Positions 1 through 12,819 of a DNA stretch of 64,000 nucleotides are shown here, piece after piece. The notes beneath the pieces were generated by a model. That model was given only the letters and a program-made list of their open reading frames with translations, made no database searches and was not told where the DNA came from. Numbering within the stretch: position 1 is the first letter of the stretch; each line of letters starts with the position of its first letter. Source of the stretch: Naegleria gruberi (taxonomy: Eukaryota); NCBI GenBank assembly GCA_000004985.1, contig GG738903.1; one strand, written 5' to 3'. The translations under genes were made by a program, and so were the position numbers.

Positions 1-431
1 GATTTGCACATTTTGCTCTTGGAAAATTTTACATGAAAAATCAAAAATATCAAAAGGCGTGTGAAGCATTCACTCAGTCAACCGAGAAGAAATTTACAAA
101 ATCTCAATTTGAATTAGGTCTCTTAATGAGAAATGGATCTCCTGATGGAATGGTTTCGAAAAATCCTGAACGTGCTCTCGAATTATTCAAAAAATCGAGA
201 TGGGAACCACAAGCTCATAAGGAATTAGTTGAAATGTATCTGAATGGTGAAGGTACAGATCCAAGTTATTTGAAAGCAGCTTTTCAGACATGTATTTATT
301 ACATTGTCAAGTTTGTAAATAGCAGATTCTTCCTCGTATTGCTATTCTTGATGGAATTATTACTTGCTCTTATGGATGCAGTTTTGTCTATCGTTTTGGG
401 AATTGTTGGAATCTTTGGTGTCCTTGTTTGA
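1..431 (+). CDS. Sel1-like (TPR-like) repeat protein, 5'-partial (continues upstream of window); hydrophobic C-terminal tail
   Basis: In-frame translation from nt 3 gives FAHFALGKFYMKNQKYQKACEAF...GEGTDPSYLKAAFQ, the Sel1 repeat signature (A..LG..Y..G.GV..D..KA...); ORF 33..431 ends in a hydrophobic stretch. Confidence 0.5.
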   Translation, partial: FAHFALGKFYMKNQKYQKACEAFTQSTEKKFTKSQFELGLLMRNGSPDGMVSKNPERALELFKKSRWEPQAHKELVEMYLNGEGTDPSYLKAAFQTCIYYIVKFVNSRFFLVLLFLMELLLALMDAVLSIVLGIVGIFGVLV

Positions 432-648
432 GTATTTCATGGATATTAATAAAAATTATCGTCGTCTTACTTCAGTTCTGTAATTTTTTCACCATTTTTA
501 CTCGAAATCAGTTTTGTGAAGGAAATAACTTGTTGTAAGCACTTCAATATGAACATTTTCATAATGTCATGGAAAGGATAATTTCTCCAATAGGTAATTA
601 TTAGATCTTCCAAGCAAATGAGAATCCCAAGTGATTGAACAACAGTTG

Positions 649-692
649 CCGACTATCACCGACTGTTTCCGACTATTTCCGACTATTTCCGC
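649..692. repeat. Four tandem copies of a 10-nt motif GACTRTYWCC, about 65-105 nt upstream of the P450 start codon
   Basis: Sequence ccgactatcaccgactgtttccgactatttccgactatttccgc read directly. Confidence 0.6.
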
Positions 693-755
693 TTTAAATT
701 CTTCAAACTGAATCCTCAACATTGAAAAAACAATGTCAAAAAAAACAAACTCAAA

Positions 756-2405
756 ATGATTGGTCCAATACTTTTAGCATTGAGTTTAGCTCTCATTGGC
801 GTGATTGCACTTAAAATCTACAAGAATATTCAAAAAGCAAAGGGAATTCCTGGTGTTTGGCAAGTTTTGGATAATTCTCCTTGTTACATTCCAATTCTCT
901 CTCCATATTTTTATATGGGATCTGAAAATCATCTCATTGAGGTGGCAACGAAGAGAGGTGATCCAGAAACTGGTACTTTACGTATCACAACAATGAATCT
1001 TAATAGAATATTCGTTTCGGATAGAGAAATGTTGAAAGACATTCACTCTAGAAAGTTGGGTTTCTTCCCAAAATCAAAAACATTCCTTGAACCAACTGAA
1101 GTATTTGGTGGACACATAGTTTCGGCTCCAGATACCGATTCTTGGAAGAAACATCACAATACCATTTCTCCAGCTTTTAGCTCTAATAATTTAGAATACA
1201 TGTCACATGTTTCCAGTGAAACTGTTGATACTATGGCTCAATGCCTTTGGAATCCTGACATTGAAAGCAAAGGAGAACATGTAATTGATAGAGTTGACAA
1301 GTTATTTACCAATTTGACATTGGACATTTTGGCAAAATGTAAGTGTCTTCTATTTTACATTGGAAATTCAATTATTCTCATCACAATAATCACAACTAGC
1401 TGCATTTGGAGCAAGTTTCTCAATCTTTGTTCCAAAAGAAATGGAAAACACAAATGAAGTCATCATGGGAAGAAAATTGAAAGATTCAGTTGACAATATT
1501 TTCAATATTGGTTTCGTTATTAGAATTGGTTTTCCTAAATTCATGCATGCCACATTATTTAAATGGTTTGGTTTGGATAAAGATATTGACAGATTTGTTG
1601 AAAGAGTTCAAAACTTGATTGACCAAAAGAAAGAGGAAATTGAACGTGATGGAGAAGTTTCTACAAGAGATGTTGTATCATTGATGATTCAAGAGAATTT
1701 GAATAACAAAGAATTGACCAAAGAAGAAATCCTATCCAATGCTTTTATATTTTTCATTGCTGGTAAGTTTTCAGTTGACCAAAAACTAATTATTGACTCT
1801 AAACTCTTCAAATAATAGGAATGGACACTAGCTCAAATACATTGCAATGGTTCCTCTATGAAATTGCCAAAAATCCATCTCTCCAAAAACGTTTACAAGA
1901 AGAAGTTGACAACATTCTTCCAAACAAGAGAAAACCAACTTTTGACGATTACAATCAATTGAATTTGATCACCGCTTGCATTCATGAAACATTGAGAGTA
2001 CATCCTCCAGTGACCAGTGTTGCAAAGGATTGTGCCAAACCTGTCCAATTAGGTCCATTTCACATTCCAAAAGGATCTGTCATTTATTCATTCTTGACAG
2101 CTGCCAACAAGAATCCAAAAGTTTGGCCAAACGCTCTTGCTTTCAATCCAGATAGATTCTACGATCCCGATGTAAAATCCAAGTCTGCCAATGACTATAC
2201 CTTATTAAGCTTCTCAATGGGTTTAAGAAAATGCTTGGGAATGAAATTTGCCTTGATTGAAATGACTTGTGTTTTGGCCAGAATGTTGCAATATTATGAG
2301 TTTGAATTGTTGAATGATGAATCTGTTGATCCAGTGATGAATTTTAGTAAGCTAACTGTAAAGCCAAGCAATTTGAGAATTCGTGTGATTAAGAGAACTA
2401 ATTAA
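756..2405 (+). CDS. Cytochrome P450 monooxygenase, 3 exons approx join(756..1338,1412..1762,1819..2405)
   Basis: N-terminal membrane anchor; I-helix FIAG|GMDTSS reconstituted across the intron at 1763-1818 (GTAAGT...AG); heme-binding loop FSMGLRKCLGMKF; donor GTAAGT at 1339; intron-1 acceptor at 1410/1411 is less certain. Confidence 0.85.
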
Positions 2406-2626
2406 ATTCTATATTCATCAAGTAGTGGAAATACTTGTTCTGTATTGATCTAAAGAAAACCAGGTCCAACTCTACAAAGTTGTAAAACTCACAACCATTT
2501 AAGAAACAATTAAAAATAGAATGGAATGACAGTTAGGAATTCTCACGTTGTGAACCAACAATTTTAAACCCATCACGTGCTCTCACCAACCAAAAACAAC
2601 TCTTTAAAAAAAACAAATCGAAAACA

Positions 2627-4066
2627 ATGCAATACCATAGCACAAGACTTGGAACTGCATCTATCAATCTCCTAACTGAAGCCATTGATGAAACAATCAA
2701 AACAGGAGTCGAGGTTATGATATTCTCCTCTTCATATGAGAGTCCAGTTTCATGTCGTTGCACTTTACGTTGTGGCACTACTTTGTACTTGAATAATATT
2801 AGAGTTTACAATGATTTTGCTGTTAGTATTCAACTTGAAGCTTGCATTGATATTGGTACAATTTCCAAGATTGGAGTTTGGATTGGACATAAGGACTCTG
2901 CAACAATTAGTAATGGGTCGTATGTTGAATTGATATCAGATTGGGTTACTTTGAATGGTGAAAGTGAAAAGAAAGCTTATAATTACCCTGGCTTGTTTCT
3001 GGGTTTGTACTCCAACTCAAACAAATTCCATAGAAAATTACAAGCTGTTCGCAGTGATCATTGTAATCTTCCATTGACACACACCAGATATTATGCTAAC
3101 ATGGTTACTGGACATGCCAAGGAGAAATGTCCTGTTTTTGGTAGATTCACTGTGGATCTTTCAAAACCATTTTCTTTGAGAAGTTTGGCGTTTATTTATT
3201 ATAGAGATACCAATTTGATTCCATCTTTACAAAACTTTGAATCCAATGCACCTGTTGTCTCAGTCAACACTGTTGATGGATTTACCTATCATGGTAAATT
3301 TCAACCACTGGGAGAAGAAGGTGGTTGTTTATCTGATTTTGGAATTAATTCTAGTCTTATGTGGAAACATCATCCATTTGGTCTTAAGAATTCCAGATCC
3401 AAGAATGAAGTCACTAATCAATTTATTGATATTAAGGGTGAATGCTTTCTATCCCTTGGTGTTTCTGTATCTTTGAGCACATTACCAAACACAAATACCA
3501 ATCCAAGTAATATTTTACAAAATACATATAACAAAAATCAATGTAGTCAACCAACATTTTTTCAAATAACAGGTGATCAAAACGTAGAGCTCCATCAAAA
3601 GACAGACAAGGACTTTGAGACCTTCTTTACAAAATTTAAAGATCTGGTTTGTGATTGTGCTAATGATTTGGTTGATAAATATACTGGTGAATTTTCTGAA
3701 TGTGTCAGAAATTATGGTAAACTGTATCAACATTACGCTGGTGTCAACATTCAGCTTTTAGTTGAATCAGTTATCAACAATATTCAAAGTGGTTTGAATA
3801 TGAATGATGCAGGTGCACACATTGAATTAGTGAAACAACTTGTTGCAGACTTTTTAGGACATATGTATAATCACTATTGTGCTTTCATTACAAATATAAA
3901 CAATAATCAAAATGCATTGCCTCCAAAGGTTAACCAATTAAGGATGAATTATTATGCTAAAACTCAAAAAATAGCCGACAGTATTGCATCATTCCATCAA
4001 GACTTGGATAAGATTTCTAGACGTATCGATGCTTATAAAGAATGGAGACAAACAATGATGGAATAA
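2627..4066 (+). CDS. Hypothetical protein, 479 aa, single exon, no recognised domain
   Basis: Long uninterrupted ORF with coding-like composition in a gene-dense context. Confidence 0.45.
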   Translation: MQYHSTRLGTASINLLTEAIDETIKTGVEVMIFSSSYESPVSCRCTLRCGTTLYLNNIRVYNDFAVSIQLEACIDIGTISKIGVWIGHKDSATISNGSYVELISDWVTLNGESEKKAYNYPGLFLGLYSNSNKFHRKLQAVRSDHCNLPLTHTRYYANMVTGHAKEKCPVFGRFTVDLSKPFSLRSLAFIYYRDTNLIPSLQNFESNAPVVSVNTVDGFTYHGKFQPLGEEGGCLSDFGINSSLMWKHHPFGLKNSRSKNEVTNQFIDIKGECFLSLGVSVSLSTLPNTNTNPSNILQNTYNKNQCSQPTFFQITGDQNVELHQKTDKDFETFFTKFKDLVCDCANDLVDKYTGEFSECVRNYGKLYQHYAGVNIQLLVESVINNIQSGLNMNDAGAHIELVKQLVADFLGHMYNHYCAFITNINNNQNALPPKVNQLRMNYYAKTQKIADSIASFHQDLDKISRRIDAYKEWRQTMME

Positions 4067-4210
4067 TAACCAATCGAACAGGGCAACTATATTAACTCAT
4101 GTGTAAATAACAAAATAAACAATATTCAACAAATAATCTCCCAATTATTTTTCAATTTTCAATAATTTTAATTGACGATCTTATATTTGTTATTATTTAA
4201 TTAATTACAA

Positions 4211-5512
4211 TCATTGATTTAAACATTGTTGTAAAACTGATATCATTGTTCTCCTACTTTCTGGAATTAAGCAATGAACCACTGGATAGCAATGAAATTG
4301 ATAATCTTCAGTAATGACCACTAATTTATCCTTGTTTACATTGCTTACTTTGGAATTTAACAATTTTACGAAATATTCCATTCCAGGAGCCATTTCTTCA
4401 TGTTTACTATAATTGATAATCCACTTGGATTTGAAGAATTTCGAATACATTTCAGAATCTTGAGATTCCAATTGTTGCATATTGGATAATATTGAGAAAT
4501 TGTCTCTATCTGATTCAGATATACATCTATCTATTAATTCCATCATGTCTCTTGTCAAAACAATTACATTTTCCTCTTTCCACTCTTCCTTAGTTACAAT
4601 TTTTGCTGAAGTATCACATGGAGGAGAAAATAGAGCAATAGAATGAACTGGCCATACCTTCAAATCTCCATAATTCATTAATTGAAAAGCCATCATTGTC
4701 AAGTGACAGGCTCCAGCTGAAAAACCTGTCAAAATAATATCCTGAGCTGGAATTCCCTTTTCTTCGATTAAATATTTGAAACATTCTTTACAATCTTCCA
4801 ATTGATCTGTTAGCGAATGTGTCAACATTCTTCTATCCATATTTTCGTGATGAGCTGGATCTTCAACTAATCTATACTCAATTGACAATATGTGTGAGCA
4901 TTTGACTTTTGACGTTTTGTTCACTTGTTCGATACCATACATAATTGATTGAGCATCCAAACCTAAAGGATTACCTGAGATGAAACCTCCACCATGAGCA
5001 AATAACATAACTTTTCCTCTTTTTTCACAATTTTTCATTGTAATCCAATACGAATCTCTCAATTTCTCAATCTTTTCAACCTTCTCTGCACACCCAAACC
5101 AAGAATCGTCCAATTTGGGATAGAAACGATTCTTTTGAATTCTTGTTTCCATTCGATAATCAACAACTGAATTACGTTTCAGATTTCTTCTTCGCAATAG
5201 CAAATTCCACAAACGGGATTCATTCGATAATTGAGCAGCACTAGTATCCTCCACCTCGTCGTATAAAGTTCCATATCTATCACAACTTGAACATAACTGT
5301 TTCAACCACTGATAAACAACGTAAAAAAAGACTGCCAATGGAAAAATAGCTCTGGCTAGGAGGTACTCGAATGACGGCATTTTTTTAACTGAATCAGCTC
5401 TATTAATGGTCTTGGATCTAGACACCGATGAGGAGTATATTATTTGAGGAATAGGAGAAAGGAGTTTGCGGTAACGAATCCATCCATTACAATCAGATTC
5501 CTGAAAGATCAT
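4211..5512 (-). CDS. Alpha/beta-hydrolase fold-3 esterase/lipase (arylacetamide deacetylase / HSL-like) with N-terminal TM segment
   Basis: Oxyanion-hole motif HGGGF (LFAHGGGFISG) and nucleophile elbow GFSAGA; true start may be the internal Met (MPSFEYLL...). Confidence 0.7.
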   Translation of the reverse strand: MIFQESDCNGWIRYRKLLSPIPQIIYSSSVSRSKTINRADSVKKMPSFEYLLARAIFPLAVFFYVVYQWLKQLCSSCDRYGTLYDEVEDTSAAQLSNESRLWNLLLRRRNLKRNSVVDYRMETRIQKNRFYPKLDDSWFGCAEKVEKIEKLRDSYWITMKNCEKRGKVMLFAHGGGFISGNPLGLDAQSIMYGIEQVNKTSKVKCSHILSIEYRLVEDPAHHENMDRRMLTHSLTDQLEDCKECFKYLIEEKGIPAQDIILTGFSAGACHLTMMAFQLMNYGDLKVWPVHSIALFSPPCDTSAKIVTKEEWKEENVIVLTRDMMELIDRCISESDRDNFSILSNMQQLESQDSEMYSKFFKSKWIINYSKHEEMAPGMEYFVKLLNSKVSNVNKDKLVVITEDYQFHCYPVVHCLIPESRRTMISVLQQCLNQ

Positions 5513-5579
5513 GACTAAATTATTCCACTATGTAAGTTATCAATGCTATTCAAAATGTTTTTATTGAAAGAGTCAAAAT

Positions 5580-8500
5580 TTACTTCTTGTATTGTGTTTG
5601 AAGCATGTTGAGATAATCGTGAGCAGAATCTTCTGTAGTTGTTTGTTTTTGTACTCTGTTTTGTCTGTGCTTGGCTCTTGATTGCTTGAACAATTCTGAT
5701 GGATTGTAATCTTCGGAGGATGTTGAAGCAGTAGATGAAGATGAGGATGCCTCTTGTGTCTTGGTTTCTTGTTGTACTTGTTGGGAGGAACCTTCTTGTT
5801 GAACTTGTTGAGATTCATTTTGTTGTAATCTTCTCTTTTCATGTTTTGGCTTTCCATTCTTACCGAAATTAAATGGGTGTTCATTGGCATTGTTTGCTTC
5901 ATTAGAATTCAAAATCTTGAAGGAACTTCCATTGTTAGTATTCTTATTATTGTTATTTGGTTGGAATTGTCTTTGCTTGTATGGTTGTTGTGGTCTTTGA
6001 TTGTTTGGTTGTTGAGTTTGAGGAGAGGCTGGTTGTTTTTGATTATTTTGAACCTTTGGCATATCATAATTGTAGCTTGAAGTGGTAAAGTAATGTTCCT
6101 TAGTATAGTCAACATTTTGCTTATAGCTATACTTCTTTTGTTCATTATCATAAACTCTAATGTACTTCTTCTTGTCCAAATTAACCAAAGATCTCAAACT
6201 GACAATAGCACCTCTAGCAGTGGACAATCTGGAACCAAATGTTGAACCTCCAACAAATTCTTCATCAAAAATAACTTGCCCATTATCACCATCAATACCA
6301 ACCAAAGTACCAACAAGACCGAATCTAGCAGAACCAGATCCACTCATTTGCATGACACGATGTCCAAGAGCAAAATCAGCAATATAGAAAAGATTTGGAC
6401 ATGGATCTTCTGGTTTGTGCACAAATACAGGATCAATAACAATAGATTGCAAGGCAGGTGTTTGAGCAGGTTGTTTGCTGAATTCAATAGCTGCTTCTTC
6501 AATAGCCTTCAAAGCAGAAACTGGTAAAACATCTTGTTCAATATCAACAAATGGCAAGCTACGGAAACCTTGTTCATCAATCCACTTGGTAATTTCAGCA
6601 ACCTTTGTTTGATAGTACTTGTCCTTTTCATGATTATCCTTCAAGGTATTAGGGAAGAAGAGTTCACATCTGAATGGAATATCTTGCTCAAGTTTGGCAA
6701 CAAAATCTGGGAATGCTTGACAAAAGTTGCCAATAAGTGTCATTGCCTTATCGGAAAGTTCCCAATCACCAAAAGTACCTCCAACAGAGAACTTATTAGA
6801 AAGAGGTTTGGTGAACAAACTACCACCATCAAAGTTGAGGAAGTATGAGTCATCGAGATTTTGCTCATTAAAGTCACACTTGCAATATCCAACAATTCTC
6901 TTTGATGACTTCTTTGATCTTAATCCTAAACCGACATTTGGAGTGAGTTTGGTATTTGACAATTCCAATCTAATACTACCAATCAAGAGACCCAAAGCCT
7001 TCTTTGTCAAACCAAGTCTCTTAGAAGCAATATGGAGAGGCACGTACTTTTCAGCAGCAAACTCGGTAACAGCTTCCTTAGGGAACTTTGGTCTAGGAGT
7101 TTGATCAGAGTAAGGAGTGGTGAGTGAAACCTTGAGGAATTTCTTATCATAACCAGCAACCTTACCCAAGGAGGCATATGATTGATCTCCCAAAACAAGA
7201 ACAGTACTATTGACTGGATATTCCTTTTCAACAGCTTGTGGACCTGTTTCAGCAAACTTGCTATCTGGAGTTGGTTCATAATCATCTGGAAGGACAATCA
7301 ATGAATGTGGATAAGCAAATTCATCTCTGTGGAATGATTTCTTGATACCAAACTTGTCACGTTTCATTCCCTTGAATAACTTGACAAATAACAACACTTT
7401 AACATTACCAATATCAAGACCATATCTTCTCAAAAGTACATTCTTATGATAAGAATATTCCTTTCTAAACATTTCAGCATCCCTTTCATTGTGATATTCT
7501 GGTTCACTATTTTCAAAATAGCTTGCTCTTTCATCAGCAATGCTGGACAAGATACCCAATCTTGGGTATGGATATCCAATGTAAACCTTCTTACCAATGT
7601 ACTTACTCAAACCTTGAGCGGCCTTGACAGATTCTTCAATTACAAATTCATCATCCATCATTTGATCCCTTGAGTATTGAGGGTTCATGTTGATAACCAA
7701 ACTTGGCTTTTTACTTGGATGTCCAAAAAGTGCAATACCAACATCCTTCTCTTCAACTTGAGTAGTCTTACAATCTAAAACTGGGAATCCCTCCAAGTTA
7801 TGCTTTCCAATCTTGACACCATCACATAGCTTTGGCAAGAATTTTTCATATTTTGGAAGTTCAATAACTTGTTCCTTAACGTGAGAGTTAATAATTTCAG
7901 GAAGAGAATTATCTTCAAGGGAAGAAGCAACATTGACTGAGACAGAAGTGTCATAGGTAAAGAGGAAATTGTCTCCAAATCTATTTCTCTTCTTTTCAGC
8001 TTCACTCAAAAGAGAATCATCAACACTTTTGATAGCTTCCAATAAACGATTTTCATCAATGAAAGGCAACAAGGAAACTCCTTCATAATCATACTTGGTT
8101 CCTTCACGATCAATGAAGAATTCCTTTGGATAAAAATCATGGATTGGTGATGATTCCAAATAGAGTTTACGGAAAGGTTCTGGGAGAATCTTGCAACTTC
8201 CTTCTGGTAGGACACCCAAAAGTTGTTCAAAAGGTCTGAATGGTGTACCAGCATCAAATACGATATCAGCAGCATATTGGCCAATGTTGACAAGGTCTGT
8301 AGCAATTGGTGCATAGTGGAATGGATAGAACCATCTCCAAGAAATCAATTGATTGTAATAATATTTAAATACCCATACAAGACCTTCAGCATATGAACGA
8401 ACAACCTTGGCAACTTCTTCCTTATTATCGTAATCAATGTTGAGTTTAGTTTCATAGTAAGCCTTATGCCAAACGTTAAAATCGAAACCATTGTCACCAA

Positions 8501-10159
8501 TAGACTTTAACAAGAGGTCATTGACTTCTTCAACTTCTACACCTTCTTCATCTTCAAGATCCTCATCAGCATCAACTCCGTAATTTACAGTTGCTGGAGC
8601 ATTGAAATCCATAACACTGGACATGCCGACAACTAGTCCCATGTCCTTTTCAGTGTGATCACCATCATTGACAAACAATTCCTCTTGTTGGAGTAAATGT
8701 TTCTTCAAGCTTCCTGGTGAAAGTTCATTAGCAAATGAATCGAGAACACTGGAGGCATTTTCTACAGTGGCCTCGGTTTGTGGATGGTTAACAGAATTTC
8801 CGACTGATTTGAATCCTTCGGAATCAACCACTTGCTTAGCACCTCTTCTTCTTCTAGTCTTTCTATTTTCTCTCAACCTAGCAGTATATCTTTGTTCCAT
8901 CATTGATGATTCTTGGGAAGCAAGAGCTCTAACGAAATCTTGCACACGTTCCAAGTGAACATCTCCTAGCTCAGTTAAATAACCTGATTTTGGTAAAATT
9001 TGCTTGTAAATATCAATCATTGTGTTAATACTTCCTTCTTTGATATCCAATGTTGGCATGTGAGGAAGGAAATCGTTACCAGTAAAGAATATGAAAAATA
9101 CAAAGTCATCAATAATTCTTTCCAAATCATATTCGAATGAAAGTTTTTGTTCCAAAAGAGCTTGTCTAAACTCGAAATCTAAATATTGTCTTAATGCACA
9201 TAAATGTAACAAGTGGAACTTTTCAGCGAATGGCTTATTACTAGACTTTTCTTTAGAATCATTATTTCTATATTGTTCAAAGACATCTTCACGAAGAAGC
9301 ATAAAGTGAGGTTCGTGAGTAACTAATCCTAGACAAATCAAGTCAGCATCAAGACCATACAAACAATGTCTTTCGTTTGGTTGATAACCAGCTTCCATCT
9401 TTCTACCACGAATAAAGTTCATAATCTTGTGTTCACCTTCACCTGGCACTTCGTGTCCTGACAAGATAACTTTACATTGTTGCCATTTGATATCTGTTTG
9501 CATCTTGCTATGAATGAAATACTTCAAATGCATACTCAATTTGGCCATAAATTCTGTTCCTGGAGTGATACAGTTAGAATCGAACAAGTTGTCCCTTTCA
9601 GGCACTTTTTCTCCTTTTTGTTCGAGCTTTTTACGTAATTGTTGTTCATCAAAAACTTTTCTAAAACGTCTCGATCGTTGTTGGTTCATCTTGGCTCTTG
9701 GTGCAACACCATCCAAAGCTAAGAAGAAGTGTTTGGAAGGCTTAATCAATTGGAAAAGTTGATCAATGTAACGGAAAATCTTCAAAATCATTTCCTTCTC
9801 GGTTAATTGAGCCTTTAATTCATCATCCTTGTGTGTACAGTTGTGAATAATACCGTTCATATCAAGGTATAAATTGTCTGTCATTATGTTGATGATGTAA
9901 TTTGATATAATTCAAATAAATTTAATATTATTATTATTTGGTGATGAAGTTTGTAACAATTATATGGTATTATATTAGATGTATTATTAGTATATTGTTG
10001 TATGAGGTTGTTAGTGATGGATTGAAAAATGTCAAGTTAAAATCTTGTTGTATTCTAACAATTAAACTTACCCACAGTTGGTATAGTTGCCTCAGTAAGT
10101 GAGGAAGCAATACATGGATATCTTTCAGAGAGCCATTTGAAAAGTCTTGGTACACCCAT
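5580..10159 (-). CDS. XRN1: 5'-3' exoribonuclease XRN1 (Kem1-like), 2 exons join(complement(5580..9877),complement(10072..10159)); Q/N-rich C-terminal tail
   Basis: Exon 1 encodes MGVPRLFKWLSERYPCIASSLTEATIPTV; donor GTAAGT; a 194-nt intron (9878..10071); exon 2 continues DNLYLDMNGIIHNCTH...GEGEHKIMNFIR...LYGLDADLI, the conserved XRN catalytic core; total about 1460 aa. Confidence 0.9.
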
Positions 10160-10618
10160 ATCTATTCTATTTTTCTACTACTACTATTAATCTAGTTTTG
10201 TTCTTATATATACAATAATTACAAATTATATTATTCAATAATTTGTCTATTATCCAAATTCGCTCTCAAGAAGATGCTACTCTCTCTTGTCTTTAAAAAA
10301 ACACACAATGCACGTTGCTGTTGTGATTTGTTGTTGTTGTCGTCTCGAGATGATGAATCAACACACACGATAATAAATATTATCTTTCGATATTTTTTAT
10401 AACTTATTTTTGGATCACAACATCCTTCAATAAGCTTTTGTTAAGTGGCTACGAGCAACAAGTCAGAGAATGAATATTCAATCTCAACAATCACAATTCC
10501 CAACCTAACAAAAGCATGATTGATCAATTTTAAGAATGCACAAGCTTTCCCTTTCAAAGTTCCATCACAAAGAATTAAAATTTTAAAAAAATTAATAAAA
10601 TATTAATAATATTAAAAA

Positions 10619-10999
10619 ATGTCGAATAGGAATTTGATGAATCTTGCCCAGGTGTTGGGAATGTTGGCGAATAGGGATCGTGATGATGATGTAATTATGG
10701 GAAATTCATTATCCTCTTCATCTTCAGCCTCTGTTGATTCTACTTTGGAATCTTTCCTCTCCAATAATAACAATAACAATGAAAGTAAATATTTCGTTAT
10801 GGATAGAGGAGGCTCCTCCAATTTATTTGATCAAACTCCTTCACTCTTTTCTACAATGGGAAGTGGTGGATTTCGTGCCATGGCAAAGCCTTTCGATGAA
10901 GATCTTCGTCAATATATTCAAGATCCCTATATTCGTGATCGTGAAGTGGAAATGCGATTGAAAGCAATGAAGGACGATTTCAAGATTCCAAAGAATTAA
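10619..10999 (+). CDS. Small hypothetical protein (126 aa), Ser/Asn-rich
   Basis: ORF only; no recognisable domain. Confidence 0.3.
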   Translation: MSNRNLMNLAQVLGMLANRDRDDDVIMGNSLSSSSSASVDSTLESFLSNNNNNNESKYFVMDRGGSSNLFDQTPSLFSTMGSGGFRAMAKPFDEDLRQYIQDPYIRDREVEMRLKAMKDDFKIPKN

Positions 11000-11455
11000 T
11001 TGGAATTAATTTGATTATTATTCAAACACTCAACTACAAATGTATTGAAACAATGAATAATTATATGTACAATGAATAATGTAAATTACTAGTCACTCAT
11101 CTCAGCATGAACCAAATGAAACTCTAATGTTAGCATTATTTCTGTTAACAGAAGAATAAATATACAGAAATATTAACATCATAAAAGATCAAATATCGAC
11201 AATTTACATTTACAATTGCTTACAAAATTTCCAAGTACGAAAAAAATGTCTCTCCATCATCCGAGTCCTTCCGTAGATAACAATGCTTCCCGTATGCAAA
11301 GGAGATTGAATACCTTGTATTCTCATCTTGTGATGGCCTCTAATTTCTCCCCGATCAATGATTTGGGAATGATGAAAAATTATCATGACGAAATTATAGT
11401 GGAAAATAATAAGACAAATGCAGCAGGTGGAAAGGAAAAGACTACAAGTATTCTC

Positions 11456-12664
11456 ATGAATAAATTTCCAAAGGGAATGATTGAAGAGAGTGATTTCAAG
11501 ATTGTACAAGTTGACTTTGAACAACCATTGGCAAGTGAAGGTGATTGGATTGTCATTAAATTGTTACAGTTGAGTAAGTGAAAAATGAAATGAGATAATT
11601 AAATGTTTCAAAGGTGTTGATCCATATATGAGAGCAAGAATGGCTCCAAAAACTCCAAAAGGATATTTTCCAGCATTCAAATTGAATGAACCATTGCATG
11701 GTGGATGCATTGCTAAAGTTCTTTCATCATCAACAAGTGTTCAACATAGGTACAAACAAGGAGATTTATTATTTGGATATTTCAATTGGCAACTTGTACA
11801 AAAGGTAACTGTTGGTGCAAAGTTTGAAACAATTTATCAAATTGTAAAAATTGATCCCAAGTTGAAAGTTCCTTCATCAAATTACTTGGGTATCTTGGGA
11901 ATGCCAGGAGTTACTGGTAAGTATTATCTGTGAAGATTAGTGGAATAATTTTGAATAGCATATCATGGATTTTTGGATATTTGTCAACCAAAGAAGGGGG
12001 AAGTTGTTGTTGTGAGCGCAGCATCTGGTGCAGTAAGTTTCTTTTGATTTCTTTTTCTCATTTTCAAATAGGTTGGAAGTATTGTAAGTTAATTTTAATG
12101 AATAATTATTAAAATTTCACCAAGGTTGGACAAATTGCCAAATTGAAAGGATGTTTTGTTATTGGAATAAGTGGCGGTTCTGAAGAAGCCATGAAAGAAT
12201 TGAAATCTGCTGGATTCGACTCACTGATCAACTATAAAGACTACCCATCAACATCCACACTGAAAACAGCTATTGAAAAGGCATCTCCTTCTAAGGAGGT
12301 TGATTGTTATTTTGACAATGTTGGAGGATACATTCTCGATGCTGTAACTTTGTGTATGGCCAAATATGGAAGAATGTCACTTTGTGGAGCTATCAGCCAG
12401 TACAATGATACAGGTGCTGAGATGGGACCTAGAATGAATTCTCTCTATGTTGTTAGAGAGTTGAAAGTTCAAGGATTTTTAATTTCTTCCTATCAGAAGC
12501 GATACCAAGAAGCTGTTCAACAATTAGCTCAATGGACTTTGGAAGGAAAATTGAAGGCCCTTGAAACCAAAGTTAAGGGATTTGAAAATACTCCTAAAGC
12601 TATCATTAGACTCTTCTCAGGAGAGCAAAAGCTCGGCAAAATGATTGTAGATTGTGTTGAATAA
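11456..12664 (+). CDS. NADP-dependent oxidoreductase, MDR superfamily, PTGR1 / leukotriene-B4 12-hydroxydehydrogenase-like; 4 exons approx join(11456..11573,11614..11916,11959..12032,12125..12664). Start is uncertain: the ORF is open from 11216
   Basis: Spliced product reads ...DFKIVQVDFEQPLASEGDWIVIKLLQL|SVDPYMR...LGILGMPGVTG|AYHGFLDICQPKKGEVVVVSAASGA|VGQIAKLKGCFVIGISGG..., matching the PTGR1 motifs LSVDPYMR, GMPGLTAY and VSAAAGAVG; all three introns have GTAAGT/GTAAG donors and AG acceptors. Confidence 0.8.
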
Positions 12665-12819
12665 AAGGTTAACTCCCTCTGATTTGAGAAGCTAAGCGTT
12701 GTCTAGCCACATCAGTACTGAGGTTGAAGACAACTTGGGAACCTGTGGTGCAGTGATAATTCTCATTAGTAAAAGTCACTATTGAATAATTTTATGACCT
12801 TGAAAGAAAAAAAGGTTAT

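Noticed and set aside
649-692. CRISPR-like array
   Set aside because: The units are directly tandem with no spacers, only 10 nt long, and lie in a eukaryotic intron-containing genome.
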